DNA of 64,000 bases from Heteronotia binoei (Eukaryota): positions 83,390,001 to 83,454,000 of the forward strand of contig NC_083230.1 in the NCBI RefSeq assembly GCF_032191835.1, read 5' to 3'. The notes under the pieces were generated by a model that saw nothing but the letters and a program-made list of their open reading frames with translations, searched no databases and was not told the origin of the DNA. The position numbers and the translations under genes are program-made. Below are positions 51,735-64,000 of the stretch, piece after piece. How positions within the stretch are numbered: the stretch's first letter is position 1; every line of letters starts with the position of its first letter.

Positions 51735-52184
51735 AGGGAGACAGATAAAAGAGTGAAAGCAAAGCTGCTCTCCAACAGATGGAACATGAAGCAGAGTATG
51801 ACCAAGTTAGCACGTGCCACTTAAATAGTTTTGCAGTCTTCTCCCACTACACATGAGGAAAAAAACAGGCAGTTTCAGATACTCTTATATCAAGTTTTTT
51901 GAGTTGATCTATGGCTATGCAAGAAGATCACTTTGCAATCATATTTTAACCTGTCTGCATTTGTGATTTTGGTTTTAAGTGATAGCCTGAACATGCAGGC
52001 AGGCTCATAGGGAGAAAGTGGTCCTTCAGGTTCCCTAGATTTAAAGTAAAGGTATATTCAGACAAGGAAGTGGGGTCCATTCAGAACAGTAGGATTACTA
52101 AATAAGTAGGTAACTTCATTTATGTTGGTGTTGACTTGAGTTTTTTTTCCTAAACAAAAATTTGTGTATCGTGATGGTATAAGC

Positions 52185-52321
52185 CAGGGGTGGCCAATGG
52201 TAGCTCTCCTGATGTTTTTTTGCCTACAATTCCCATCAGCCCCAGCCATTGGCCATGCTGGCTGGGGCTGATGGGAGTTGTAGGCAAAAAACATCTGGAG
52301 AGCTACCGTTGGCCACCCCTG
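52185..52321. mobile_element. Palindromic hAT MITE
   Basis: Same family as 29877; perfect 8-bp TSD GTATAAGC (52177-52184, 52322-52329). Confidence 0.9.
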
Positions 52322-53317
52322 GTATAAGCTATTCCACATAGGCTTAATTAGTCTGTGGCGAACAGTTATCTTTTGTGTGATGTAAATATGTAAAGTATAA
52401 TAGATTGCCTGCTGGACTGGGGAGATATGGGTTCAAGCCCCCATTCATCCATGAAGCTCATTGTGCAGTCTTGGGCAAGTTGCTTTTTGTCAGCTTGAAC
52501 TGTCTCACGGGGTTCTCGTGAAGACAAGTTTGGTTCCTCCATGTAGTGCACCCAGCACATCTTGAAAGAAGGAAGGAATTCACATGTGAAAAATATATGG
52601 GACACATGGCTAGCCACCCTTGTCTCCATGCTGGGATGGGTATAACACCAGTGCATTTCACTGACATGAAGCAAATCTAAAGGTTAGACTAGACACTTGC
52701 TTTGGTTAAGAGTTGGGTCTGGTTCCCCAGACTACTCAGGTTCTCCATAGCAGCTGTGGGGGATTGAAAAAGCAAATGCAGTGCCTGAGCTCAGAATGCT
52801 GCCAAAATTGTTTTCCATGCCAACACAAAATTACTTCCCCATTTTTGCTGCTCCATGTGAAGCAACCAAATCAGGGAAATAATTCTGCCCCCCCCCCATT
52901 GTTTTGGCATAGAAAATGGCTGAGGAAGCAGGCAGGAACCTCCCCCTGTGGCAGCATTCTGAGCCCATGTGGGTTCTTCTTTATTTTTTGTATTCTGTTG
53001 TGTGGCTGTGGAGAACCCAGACCCCACTCTTTTGAAAAAGGGGAAGAGGAGAAAAAAGCGGGGAAGTCAATAGCGCCTTTAACTGAATTCTCTTTGATCC
53101 ACATTGTAATTCAACTATAGTGAAGTATGACCAATACCGTGCATATGCACATTATAAAATGCAGTATGCATGGGGATAATACTACTTCACTTTTCTGACT
53201 GAAATATCTACAAGCTAAAGCCCAATACACTGATTCAACCAGTTTTCACATAGGTTTGTCCACTATATCACAATAATTCAGGTGCTCAGTAGGACCCTTT
53301 ATTTCCTTCTGTTGCAG

Positions 53318-53394
53318 AGAAAGAGTGGAAGGCAATAATGAGTACATGTGTTTCCGCTGATACACGACATCAGACCAAAACACCCCTGAAGAAG
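53318..53394 (+). CDS. FAM227A: FAM227A coding exon (77 nt)
   Basis: ttgcag|AG acceptor, AAG|gtatg donor; KEWKAIMSTCVSADTRHQTKTPLKK; phase consistent with flanking exons. Confidence 0.72.
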
Positions 53395-53504
53395 GTATGA
53401 TGAGGTGTGAAGGAGGCAGAGCCATCCATTCTATTCCTGTCTCTGGTATATTATTTAGATGCTAACCACAGATTGCAGGTAGTTGGGAAGCTTCTTTTTC
53501 ATTT

Positions 53505-54900
53505 CATTTCATTTTATTCGATTTATATCCCGCCCTCCCCACCGAGGCGGCTCAGGGTGGCTCACAACATAAAATTCTAACAATAAGATTAATGAATATT
53601 AAAATACATTAAATAGTTTACAGCAGTTAAAACAAGAAAACAAGAAAACTATCAATGTGCTATCCTACAATCTTCCTTTGGGGGTTTTTAGGTACCGGTC
53701 AGTTATATGCCAACCAGAAGAGGACTGTCTTACAGGCCCTGCGGAACTGCCCAAGGTCTCACAGGGCCCTCACCTCTTCCGGTAGCTGGTTCCATCAGCA
53801 AGGGGCTGTAATCGAAAAGGCCCTGTCCCTGGTTGACTTCAGACGGGCCTCCTTCGGCCCGGGGATTGTTAGTAGATTTTGAGAACCAGATCTAAGCAGT
53901 CTGGGGAACATGTGGGGAGAGACAGTCCCTAAGGTAGGCAGGTCCTAGACTATATAGGGCTTTAAAGGTAATAACCAGCACCTTGGTATATTATTGGCAG
54001 CCAGTGCAGTCCCCGGAGCCCCGGCTGAATGTGCTCCCACCTGGGGAGCCCTAATAACAGCCGGGCAGCGGCATTCTGCACTAGCTGCAACTTCCAGGTT
54101 TGGCACAGGGGCAGCCCCATGTAGAGGGCATTACAGTAATCCAACTTGGAGGTGACCATTGCATGGATCACTGTTTCCAGATCGTCGTGTTCCAGGAAAG
54201 GGGCCAGCTGCCTTGCCCGTCTAAGATGAAAGAATGCGGACTTAGCAGTGGCTGCTATTTGGGCCTCCATTGTCAGGGCAGGCTCCAATAGTACCCCCAA
54301 GCTCTTGATCCTGTGTGTCATTGTCAGTGGCACACCATCAAAGGCTGGTAGGGGAATTTCCCTTCCCGGACCACGTCGACCCAAGCAAAGGACCGCTGTC
54401 TTCACTGGGTTTAGTCTCAATCTACTCAGCCTGAGCCATCTAGCCACGGCTTGTAACGCCAGGCCGTCCGTCCATGAGTTGATAGAGCTGGGTGTCATCA
54501 GCATATTGGTGACAACCTAACCCATACCTCCGGGCAATCTGGGCAAGGGGGCGCATGTAGATGTTGATGTTGAACAACATCGGGGAAAGCACCGCCCCCT
54601 GAGGCACCCCGCAATCAAGCGTGTGCCTCCGGGACAGTTCACCCCCAATCGCCACCCTTTGTCCCCAACCATCGAGGAAAGAGGAAAGCCATTGTAAGGC
54701 CAGCCCCTGAATCCCCGCGTCGGCGAGACGGCAAGTCAGCAACCGATGGTCAATCGTATCGAACACTGCCAATAGGTCTAACAACATCAGTACCGCTGAG
54801 CCGCCTCGGTCCAGATGCCGCTGAAGGTCATCCACCAGAGCAACCAGCACTGTCTCCGTCCCATGACCCAGGCAAAAGCCGGACTGATGGGGATCGAGAA
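53505..54900 (-). mobile_element. 5'-truncated L2-clade LINE with RT remnant
   Basis: GVPQGAVLSPMLFNI and HQYADDTQLY RT motifs, LDYCNALY...LHWLP; same family as the 20645 copy. Confidence 0.9.
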
Positions 54901-55563
54901 CACTAATTTTGAGAATAGTGCCTGTAATGATGCCACATTGGATCAGATGGCTCTAATATTGTTTTATTTAATTAGATATTTATATCCCTGCCTTTCTTTC
55001 TAGTGAAAGATCACTTTCTCCCTAGTGGGAACCCAAAGTGGCTTACAATGTTCTACTTTCCTCCATTTTATCCTTACCTGTAACTGGGAGAGAGTGAGTG
55101 GCCCAAGGACACCCAGTGAGCTTCCATGATGACGTAGAGATTCAAACCTGACTCTCCCAGATCCTCTCTAGCCACCACACCATGCTTCCCACTCCTGTAA
55201 TGACTAACTTTGACTAGCTGCTTATTTGGGGGGGGGGGGGGGGGAGATTGTATTTTTTTATGTACGTGCGTGTGAGTACAGCTGGAAGTCATGGCAACCT
55301 CTGGTGACTGACTCCTACTGGGGGCATGGAGGATATTCAGTGAGGTGATTGAGTAAAGCCTGCCCCTGTCCTCCCAACTTCTGGGATGACGAAAAGCCAG
55401 TTTGGTAATTAAGTAATTAAGTGCGTGGACTCTCATCTGGGAGAACCAGGTTTGATTCCCCACTCTCCATATGCAGCTGCTGAGTGACCTTGGGGCAGTC
55501 ACAGTTATTATAAGAGCTGCTCTCTCAAGAGTAGTTCTTGAAAGAGCTCTTTCAGCACCTACC

Positions 55564-56071
55564 CAGGGCCGGCTCGCCCACTAGGTAAACCAGGCGCTTG
55601 CCTAGGCCACTGGGAGGGGGGCGCCAAATTCGGCTCCCCCTGACCCGGTGCCCAAGACAAACGCCAAAATTTGCCTCTCCCCCCCTCCCTGTCACTGCCG
55701 CCACCACCAGCCCTCCCTTCCCTTCCACTGCGCTCTGCCCGCCATGCCCACCGCCCCCCCCCCCCCCCCCCCCCGTGATCAGAGGAGTGGGCATAACGAG
55801 GTTTGACCCTACTGGTTTTGAGGCGGCCAGCATCTGAGTGTTCTTTGAAGAGAAAGCTGGAGGAGGCTTTGCTCCCCCCTCACTTCCGGTTTTGGACAGT
55901 GCTCTCTAGCTGCCTCAAAGCTGGTAGGGCTGAGGCTTGTTGCAGTGCACTCCTCTGATTGATTTGTGGGGAGCACGATGGGGCGTGGCACTGTGGAGGG
56001 AGGGCAGGCAGCAAGGGGAACGGTGGGCAGGGAGCCTACCTGAGGCACCATGTAACCTAGGGCCAGTACTG
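55564..56071. mobile_element. hAT (Tip100-like) MITE inserted into a Squam3-like SINE
   Basis: Degenerate TIR CAGGGCCGGC / GGCCAGTACTG; perfect 8-bp TSD CACCTACC (55556-55563, 56072-56079). The SINE halves are 55391-55563 and 56072-56189. Confidence 0.82.
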
Positions 56072-56189
56072 CACCTACCTCACAGGGTGTCTGTTGTGGG
56101 GAGAGGAAGGGAAAGGAGATTGTAAACTGCTCTGAGCTCCAAATAAAGAGCAGGGTATAAATCCAGTCTCCTCCTCCTCTTCTTCTTCT

Positions 56190-56467
56190 GAGAGCCAGTT
56201 TGGTGTAGTGGTTAAGCGTGCAGACTCTTATCTGGGAGAACCAGGTTTGATTCCCCACTCACTCCAAATGCACTTGCTGATGTGACCTTGAGTCAGTCAC
56301 AGATTCTCGCAGAGCTGTTCCTCTCAAGAGCTGTTTCTGTTAGAGCTCTCTCAGCTCCATCTGCCTCACAGGATGTCTGTTGAGGGGAGGGAAAGGAGAT
56401 TGTAAGTCTGAGACTCCTTTGGGTAGTGAAGGGAGAGGTATAAATCCAATCTCCTCCTCCTCCTCCT
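56190..56467 (+). mobile_element. tRNA-derived SINE (Squam3-like)
   Basis: GAGAGCCAGTTTGGTGTAGTGGTTAAG...GGTTTGATTCCCC head; (TCC)n tail. Confidence 0.85.
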
Positions 56468-57304
56468 CCAAAGGAGGTCTCCCATCCGAGTACTTGCCGG
56501 AGTCAGCCCTGCTTAGTTTCCAAGATCTAACTAGATCAGGCTTACCTGGGCTGTCCAGATGAGAGCAACTAGTTGCCTATTTTGACTGTTTCGAAACTGG
56601 ATTTTACCAAAGCATAATGTATGAAAACCCATCAGAATGCCAAATGTTTTCAGAAAACCAAAAGCATTTTCCCACATAGCACCAAGGTTGCAAACAGCAG
56701 TGTTTACTACTGAGTAAGCATGGTTAGCATGCTTGTAAATAAGTAAACAAGCCCAAAATTTTATTGAGCTTTAATTTTCTGAAACAACATTTATATCCAG
56801 ACATAACTAGGCTGGGTTCTTCCATGCACTAAATGGAAGTAATCTCCATTTCAATTGCTGGGACCTATTTCCAATACATGTCCTTAGCCCTGGAGTGTTA
56901 ATCTCACTGAAGATGATAGGACTAAGCTGTTGAGCAACAAGGATTACAGCCATAACATCATTTCAAGCTAAACAGAATTTTCTAAAGTGCCTTAAAGCCA
57001 GTAATGCTCTTATTTACTGTGTGTGACCCTAATTCTCCTGATTGTGTGTTCTTTATCTTGCTTAAAAGCCTAGTTCACTATCTTGGGTCTCAAATTCTAG
57101 GATTCAAGCTAGGATTCTTGTCCTGTGTTCAAGAATGAAGGGTTTGTGGAAAATCGATTGGACAGACAGCAATGTGTTAATAAATGCCAGAGAGTTTATG
57201 AAGTTTATGGGATTTTTGAGAACCTACATGGGGGTGGGGGGGGGGTGTTATACTGGAAGGAAGGAAGTTTACCTGAGAGTAGCAATCTGCACATCAAAGG
57301 GATA

Positions 57305-57589
57305 GCAGCAGCAGAAGAAGAATTGCAGATTTATACCCCGCCCTTCTCCCTGAATCAGAGACTCAGAGCGGTTTACAATCTCCTATAACTTCTCCCCCCA
57401 CAACAGACACCCTGTGAAGTGGCTGGGGCTGAGAAGGCTCTCCCAGCAGCTGCCCTTTCAAGGACAACCTCTGAGATAGCTATGACTAACCCAAGGCCAT
57501 TCCAGCAGGTGCAAGTGGAGGAGTGGGGAATCAAACCTGGTTCTCCCTGATAAGAGTCCACACACTTAACCACTACACCAAACTGGCTA
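57305..57589 (-). mobile_element. tRNA-derived SINE (Squam3-like)
   Basis: Same family, reverse orientation. Confidence 0.85.
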
Positions 57590-57874
57590 CACCAAAGGAT
57601 ACTTAGTGTCCTAGTCTGTTTTTATCTCTGACTCTCTCATAGTCCTCTTTTGAAGGCTTTGACTGAGAGGCAGCGCACAGTCCTTCACTTCTAACAATTA
57701 CAATATTATAACAATCTATCAGGTTATTTGAATTCTCAGCTTTTCCATTTAAAAAGGTAAGCTTCTTATACGTCTTTCTTCTTATATCTCTGCAAAGAAA
57801 GGGTCTCGAGTCTTACTTTTAAAAATAAATGAAAACTGGGAATTCAGGAAACCCAACTGTTGTTATACTATAAC

Positions 57875-58053
57875 CAGGGGTGGAATTTAGTAGGAGCTTC
57901 TTTGCATATTAGGTCACACACCCCTGATGTAGCCAATCCTCCTGGAGCTTACAAAAAAGAGCCTTGTAAGCTCTTGGAGGATTGGCTACATCGGTGGGGG
58001 GGCAGGGCTGTGACCTAATATGCAAAGGAGCTCCTGCTAGAATTCTACCCCTG
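57875..58053. mobile_element. Palindromic hAT MITE
   Basis: CAGGGGTGGAATT...AATTCTACCCCTG with an internal palindrome; TSD ACTATAAC / GCTATAAC. Confidence 0.85.
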
Positions 58054-58571
58054 GCTATAACAATATTCATTGGCCAATTAAAAAACCTGAAAAAAACCCA
58101 TTAGCATATGGGGAGAATGGCAGCTGCAAGGGAATTGGGGCCAGGAAAATACCAGGGGAAATTTGCCATATTGAAGCTTCATTGCTCCTGTGCTTTCTGC
58201 AAGCCTGTCCCCATATGGAAAACACATTAGTCAGCAAAGAGTTTCAGAAGTGGGGTAGCATACAAGTGATCAGGACGGACAGTAATCTATGTAGCTGTTG
58301 ATGCCAGTATGAGTCCTCTAACATAGCCAGAGATAGATCTGATGCTATGATCCACTTTGTACACCAGAATTCTTTGTTGGAGACATGAGACTTATTCCTA
58401 GCTCCCAGATCAGTAAGTAGTTGATCACATCTGTTTGATTAGGAACTGGAGATGGGAACAGGATTCTTTCCCCAGTGAAGTCCAAGAAATTTTGGCATAT
58501 CAACAAGATGCCTATTGAACTGGAGGAAGATCTGCTAGCTTTTACATTTTACTTTCTCTTTTGATCTCTAG

Positions 58572-58718
58572 GTACCAACGGAAAAAGATAAACTTGTAGA
58601 ATTATATCAATATCCAGGGTACAATAAGCAGGAAGTGACGCCTCTGCCAAATGGAATGGACATAGACGAAATTGTGGAGAAAGTAATTCAAGCCCAAGGA
58701 AAAACACCTATTGGGAAG
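58572..58718 (+). CDS. FAM227A: FAM227A coding exon (147 nt)
   Basis: ctctag|GTA acceptor, AAG|gtact donor; KLVELYQYPGYNKQEVTPLPNGMD, a FAM227-family ELYQY...LPNG motif. Confidence 0.9.
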
Positions 58719-58776
58719 GTACTCTGCATACTTTAAAAAATGCAAGAGTATGTGACCTTCGTAGTAGTAGGTAGTT

Positions 58777-59090
58777 CAAGGGTCCCCAGGGTGCTATCTA
58801 TGGGCACCATAGTGCCCACTGAATCTTTCCCTGGTGCCCATCAAGTGCTTTTAGAAAGTGGGCAGGGCCACTTTTTTGCCCAGCAAGACTTCTTACTGGC
58901 TATGCAGATTTTTGAAAACTTTACTTTGGCAGCAGCTGCCACCACAGCACAAGGATCTCTGCTGTGTGACTGACGGTAACTCATGTCAGCAATTTTGTAG
59001 CTGGTTCAACCTCCTGTGGCAGCCATTTTGTGGTTGTGCCCACCACACTGTTTCTGAATTCCAAAGAATCAAAACGATTGGGAACCCCTG
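58777..59090. mobile_element. hAT MITE (related to 7038-7355)
   Basis: CAAGGGTCCCCA / TGGGAACCCCTG ends; TSD AGGTAGTT / AGGTAGAT. Confidence 0.8.
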
Positions 59091-59389
59091 AGGTAGATTG
59101 TGTTAGGTTTGTATGCATAACATTTATGTTATGCATACAAATAGTTACTCAATTGGGCATGAGACTGTCAAGTCTCAGTCCTAACAATTTGGTTCAAACA
59201 TGCCAAAATTAAACTGTTGGAAGACATTAAGGTGAATAATCCTATTGACATCATTGCTTAAGTGGGTTCCGCTGGTACTTTGGTTGGTTCTGAGAAAACA
59301 GGAGGCAGGCTGGGAAGCTTAGACAACCAGTGATTTTTTTTAAAAAAAAGACATCTAAACCATGATGTTATAGTTTAGTTTCTTTACAG

Positions 59390-59491
59390 ACAGCCTGGTC
59401 TCTGAAGATGCTACGCGGTTTTCTCAAAGCTCCCTGCACCCAAGCTGTTTTACTGGATAGTTTCTGGTGGTTTTTTCTACACCTGTATCAC
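59390..59491 (+). CDS. FAM227A: FAM227A coding exon (102 nt)
   Basis: ttacag|ACA acceptor, CAC|gtaag donor; contains AVLLDSFWWFFLHLY, the hallmark FWWh motif of FAM227. Confidence 0.92.
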
Positions 59492-59565
59492 GTAAGGACA
59501 AGAACCAAATACTGGGGCATGGTAGATGATGTTCCTTTGGATATTTCACTTCTGTTCTTCTATCG

Positions 59566-59835
59566 GAGAGCCAGTTTGGTGTAGTGGTTAAGCGTGTAGA
59601 CTCTAATCTGAGAGAATCAGGTTTGATTCCCTACTCCTCCACATGCACCTGCTGAGTGACTTTGGGTCAGTCACAAGCTCTCTCCAAGCTGTTATTTCAA
59701 GAGCAGTTCTTGAAAGAGCTCTCTCAGCCCCACCTACCTCACAGGGGTGTCTGGGGAGGGGAAAGGAAAGGAGTTTTGTATGCTTCTTTGAGACTCCGAG
59801 TGAAGGGCAGGGTATGAATCCAGTCTCTTCTTCTC
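59566..59835 (+). mobile_element. tRNA-derived SINE (Squam3-like)
   Basis: Same family head, body and tail. Confidence 0.85.
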
Positions 59836-61286
59836 AATACTGTTACTTTCCTGCCTTTGTCCTTATGAAGGGACTTTCTTTTCTTGTCTTTTTAAACACA
59901 TGATGCTGGGCATACCCAGCCTTTAATTACATTGCTAATGTATTAACTTAATTATCATTCAGCAGCAAGGATTTTTCTTCTGGCCTTGACAACCCTGACT
60001 ACTTCTTTAAAATGAGCAACAAGTAGGCCAGGGACAATAGAGCACAATCCAAATCTGGTGGGTTTTTTTTTAAAAAGTATTATTACATTTTAATCTTGCA
60101 CTTCCACCAAAGCATTACAACCTCAGAACAACCCTGTGAGATAGGCTACACCTACCATCACCCTGTAAGCTTCATGGCTAAACAGGGGTTTGAAATTTGG
60201 GATCACCTTCATAACCAGTACTCTAGCTACTACATGTTAGAGGATAGCAGTTTTGGACACAGTCTTGATCTTTGCAGGGTGGAGAGACAGAATCAAGACT
60301 TGTTTAGCATATTGGACTGGGAAGACTGGAGTTCAGATCCCTACTCTGCCATTGCGTTTATTGGGTGACCTTGGGCTATACACTCTCTTTCAGTCGAATG
60401 TACTTCCCAAGGTTGTTGTAAGGGTAAAATAGGAGCAGGATTATTTATATCTCTCTCTGAATTTTTTGGAGGAAGGACAGGATAAAGTAAAATGAACAAA
60501 AAGGAGTCAAGCACTGAGTGAATTTCTGCCGTTGATTAAGCTTCAGATGCAGAGAAAATCTCAGTTTAAGCTCTGTAAAAGAGCTAGATTTCATTAGCTG
60601 AATGAAGGAAACATTTATTTTAAAGATCTATTTAAACTAAAGAAGACTACAGTTGATAAATGAATAGAATAAGCCAGCCATGAACAAATGTAGGGTGAAA
60701 ATGGAAAGAAGACTGAAGTCTATACAAAGGCAAAACATGGGCCATTGTCCGTTCATTGCTCGCAGAAAAAAACCCTTATCTTTTCTAATGTTTGAAATGA
60801 CTGCAAATGATCAGACTAAATAGCATTCCCAGTCAGACATAATGTATAGAAATGTATTTTATGTCATGTCAAAGCCTTTACATATTTACTCAGTAGTAGG
60901 TCTCATTGAGTTTAATCAGGCTTCCAATTAAGATTGTAGCCCTAACCGATGGGATTCTCATCTAAAGATCAAGAGGAACCTGTCTCATACATTTAAATGT
61001 CTGTTGACCTGGGCAGTGTTTTTTCTTTCTTTAATAAGTCTCTCTGGGGAACATATGGGGAGAGCTGGTCCTGCAGATGTGAGGGCCCCAGACCACGTGG
61101 GCCTTTAATTCCATAACCTTGAGCCTGATTCAGTACTCAACGGGAAGCCAGTGCAGTTGGCAAAGACTGAGTCATCTGGAAATGGTAGACACTCTGAGAG
61201 AAACTGAAGGAAAGAAGGAGGATCGCAGTGGAGGGCTGGGCTAGTCCAGGAAGGAACCGAGTAAGAATAATGTATACGTTACTGCA

Positions 61287-61350
61287 TTGTGCAGGGGGCT
61301 GGACTAGATGAACCTGGAGGTCTTTTCCAATTCTATGATTCTATGATTTC
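61287..61350 (+). mobile_element. CR1 3' tail fragment
   Basis: GGGGCTGGACTAGATG...TTCCAATTCTATGATTCTATGATT. Confidence 0.72.
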
Positions 61351-61399
61351 TTTAGCTTCTTCATTCTTCCAGACAATCAATGTATTTCTCTTCCTACAG

Positions 61400-61504
61400 C
61401 CAAATCCAGAGGCTCAGGGATATTTGTTTGACCGCATTGCAGAAAATTATTCCCGCATTCTACTGGGCTGTCACAAGGTTTCCAACCAGGAAAACATTCT
61501 AAAA
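61400..61504 (+). CDS. FAM227A: FAM227A coding exon (105 nt)
   Basis: ctacag|CCA acceptor, AAA|gtgag donor; PNPEAQGYLFDRIAENYSRILLGCHKVSNQENILK. Confidence 0.92.
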
Positions 61505-61631
61505 GTGAGTGTGCAAAGATCTGATTGCCATCTGACTGCAAACAGGAAAGTAGTAATGAATAACTTGAAAATGAAAAAAGATACTGCTTTAGGCCTGATT
61601 TCCCAAATATAGGAAGAATTTTAGTACATTT

Positions 61632-61733
61632 CAGTTAGACCCCAAGGACCAAACTAAAATTACATTTAACTCATGGCTTCCAGTTAGACACCCAAGGACC
61701 AAACTAAACATTACATTTAACTCATGGCTTCCA
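61632..61733 (+). repeat. About 50-bp tandem duplication
   Basis: CAGTTAGAC(A)CCCAAGGACCAAACTAAA..TTACATTTAACTCATGGCTTC occurs twice. Confidence 0.85.
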
Positions 61734-63845
61734 TGGTGATTTGCAGTCAGATGGCAACTGCAAGTTAGGAACTCTCACAGTGCTTCAGGGGACAGTTGGA
61801 TTGGGCACTATAGCATGAGGGAGACGTCAGCCTTTCCCCTGCATAATTTTTCCAATGCTGGAGGGGCATTACTTGCCTGATCAGGGTGGCTGCATGTCCA
61901 CAGAATATAGCCCCCTAATGGGGCAAGTAATGCCCATCAGGCTATTTAAGGTCAGTAGAGTAGCATCCCCATGGCACAGCCCGATCCAGATCTGGCCCAT
62001 GGTCCTGCAGAAGTAAGTTTCCATAGGGAACTTGTTGTTGCTGTCTGACAGCAAGTTGTTGTGGCAGCCATGAGTTAACTGCCAGTTTGCTTCAAAGAAA
62101 AGCTCAGCTGGATTGGAGCAAATGTCCACCTAGTCCAGGATTCTCTTTCTAACAGTAGCTGACCATGTGCATTTGACAAGCTGGCCATAGTGGCAACAGA
62201 TTGTTGGGTGTCTCCAGCATCTGTTTTTCTGCTTCTGAACACTTAGTTCCATTTAGCTATCATAGATAATAGTTGCTGACTGGGCCTGTCCTCTGCAAAT
62301 TTTTCTCAATTTTTTTTAATGTCATCTACCCCTCCAGCAGCATCTCCAGTGGCTTCTTCTGTAGCTGCTGTAGCAAACCACATGATTAGTTAAAGCTCAT
62401 GTCCTTGTGCCATCTTCCAGCATTGCCAGCATGTCAGCTTTCTCTTTCAAACAAAAAACCTGCCTTCTCCCATTCCTTGGCCCAGGTGTTCATAACATGC
62501 TAGAAGAGACCCAGTGTTCTGCCCATGTAATAATCCTTATTTTCATGTTTCTCATGAAACAATCATGTCAACTCTCCTCCCCCCCCCAAAAAAAAATCAG
62601 TATTCTTTCACAAAACTGGCTTTGCAAGTTGAATGAACAGAAATAAGTGTTTAAAAAAATTAAGACATGAACAAGGGCATTAAGTTTGTTTAAGCTTTAA
62701 GGCTGTAGATGGGGAAGGAGCAGATTCATGATTGCCAGTGGTTTTTACTGCCTCTACTGCACAGGATATGGTTCTGAAAAACAGGACTAAAACAGCTAAG
62801 ATTGTGGTTCCTTTTCATATCAGTAAGGAGCTGACAAACAGGCAGTCTGGTTTCTGGTTTTGCTGAATCTTAGGCTTTGCAAGATAACTTGATGGACACA
62901 GGTTTCTGAACAAGGACAAAAGGTCAGCTACTGTGAAAGGAAAGTGGAACTGGAAATGCCTGCAAAGACTATGCCTGTGGAGATTGAGAATGATTCTTTT
63001 TTTGTGCTGTCAAGTCACAGCTAAGAGGCATTCATAAGTGGTATGCCATTGCCTGTCTATGTGTCACAACCATGATATTCCATGGAGTCTCCCATCCAAA
63101 TACTGGCCAAAACCAACTCTGCTTAGCTTCTGAGATCTGACATAGGTGTGAAAAAGTCCCCACTTCAGTAGAGTCCAACAAGGCAGCTCACAAGACAATG
63201 GTCGACCAGGCAGAACTCCAGCCTTAATCTAGTTTTGGATCAATGTGGCCAGTTGATCTAGTGTGCTTGACTGAGCTCCATATAGGAACTTAGTAATATG
63301 ATGCTTAAGATGGAACACCTTCCTATTGATTTAAAATAAATTGTTTTTAGTGAAGAGCAGTTGTCTCTGGGTTCCTTCTATAATAATCCACTCCCTCAAG
63401 AGCAGTTGCCTGATCCCATGCTGGTCTTTGGACATTACTAATAATTAAGTGGCAAGAATTAAATAGCATTTCCAAATAGTTCCCCAATAACACCTCATAG
63501 TGCAACAGTTGTTAGGCTTGATTCAGTTCAAAAAGGAGGCCAGCAAGGATCCACAGCACACTCATCACTTAAACTGTGTGTGAGTATTGTCATACATGCA
63601 ACGCCTGTGAAGCTGCACTTTGCAGGGGAAGCTAGGAAGTGGTAGGCAGGTTATATTTCAAGAAAGCTTGTCTACCGATGCTAACCTTCTCAGTCACAAA
63701 CACCTGATAGCACTTCAGTGAACCTCTAAGTTGCATGGAATAGTTTGAAAAGAACTGGATTAGAGTTTTGAAGGATCTTTGGATGCAAAGCACACAGTTG
63801 CAATAATAAATGTTCTCTTTTTTTCTCCCTTTGCTTGAGCTACAG

Positions 63846-63969
63846 TTTTTCCCATCATTGCTGAGTCAAACGGTGTATACTTGCTTTTGCTCCTGTTTCA
63901 CAAGGTCATGGTTCAACACTCAGGAATTCAAGGCCCAGCTCTGTGACGTCTTCTGCGAGTGGCTGGGAG
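63846..63969 (+). CDS. FAM227A: FAM227A coding exon (124 nt); gene continues beyond the window
   Basis: ctacag|TTT acceptor, G|gtgag donor; FFPSLLSQTVYTCFCSCFTRSWFNTQEFKAQLCDVFCEWLG. Confidence 0.92.
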
Positions 63970-64000
63970 GTGAGAGGCCCCTTTCTTCCTGCTCCAGAAG

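Overview
Vertebrate genomic DNA, most likely from a gecko-like squamate; the taxon is inferred only from the SINE, L2 and Penelope repertoire. The window covers the syntenic block GTPBP1(-, first two coding exons) / JOSD1(+, complete, 202 aa) / TOMM22(-, complete, 140 aa) / CBY1(-, complete, 126 aa) / FAM227A(+, eight coding exons, continuing past the window end). I assembled the exons by hand from GT-AG boundaries and recalled orthologue protein sequences. The FAM227A introns are full of transposable elements. The strongest structural findings are three. (1) An apparently full-length L1 (40050-46373) has its entire ~4.1 kb 5' part inverted relative to the 3' part, lies between target-site duplications and splits a SINE, which is the twin-priming geometry. 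(2) A complete Ty3/Gypsy Mag-like LTR element (30484-35357; ATAGG TSD, tRNA-Ser PBS) has lost CpGs very unevenly between its LTRs (10 vs 2), and the LTR nearest the CBY1/FAM227A CpG island is the preserved one. (3) A 241-bp copy of that element's RT sequence replaces part of its own protease. A Penelope remnant upstream of TOMM22 still carries a minimal hammerhead-ribozyme motif. I found no clearly new gene system. No database searches were run, and repeat family names come from recall.
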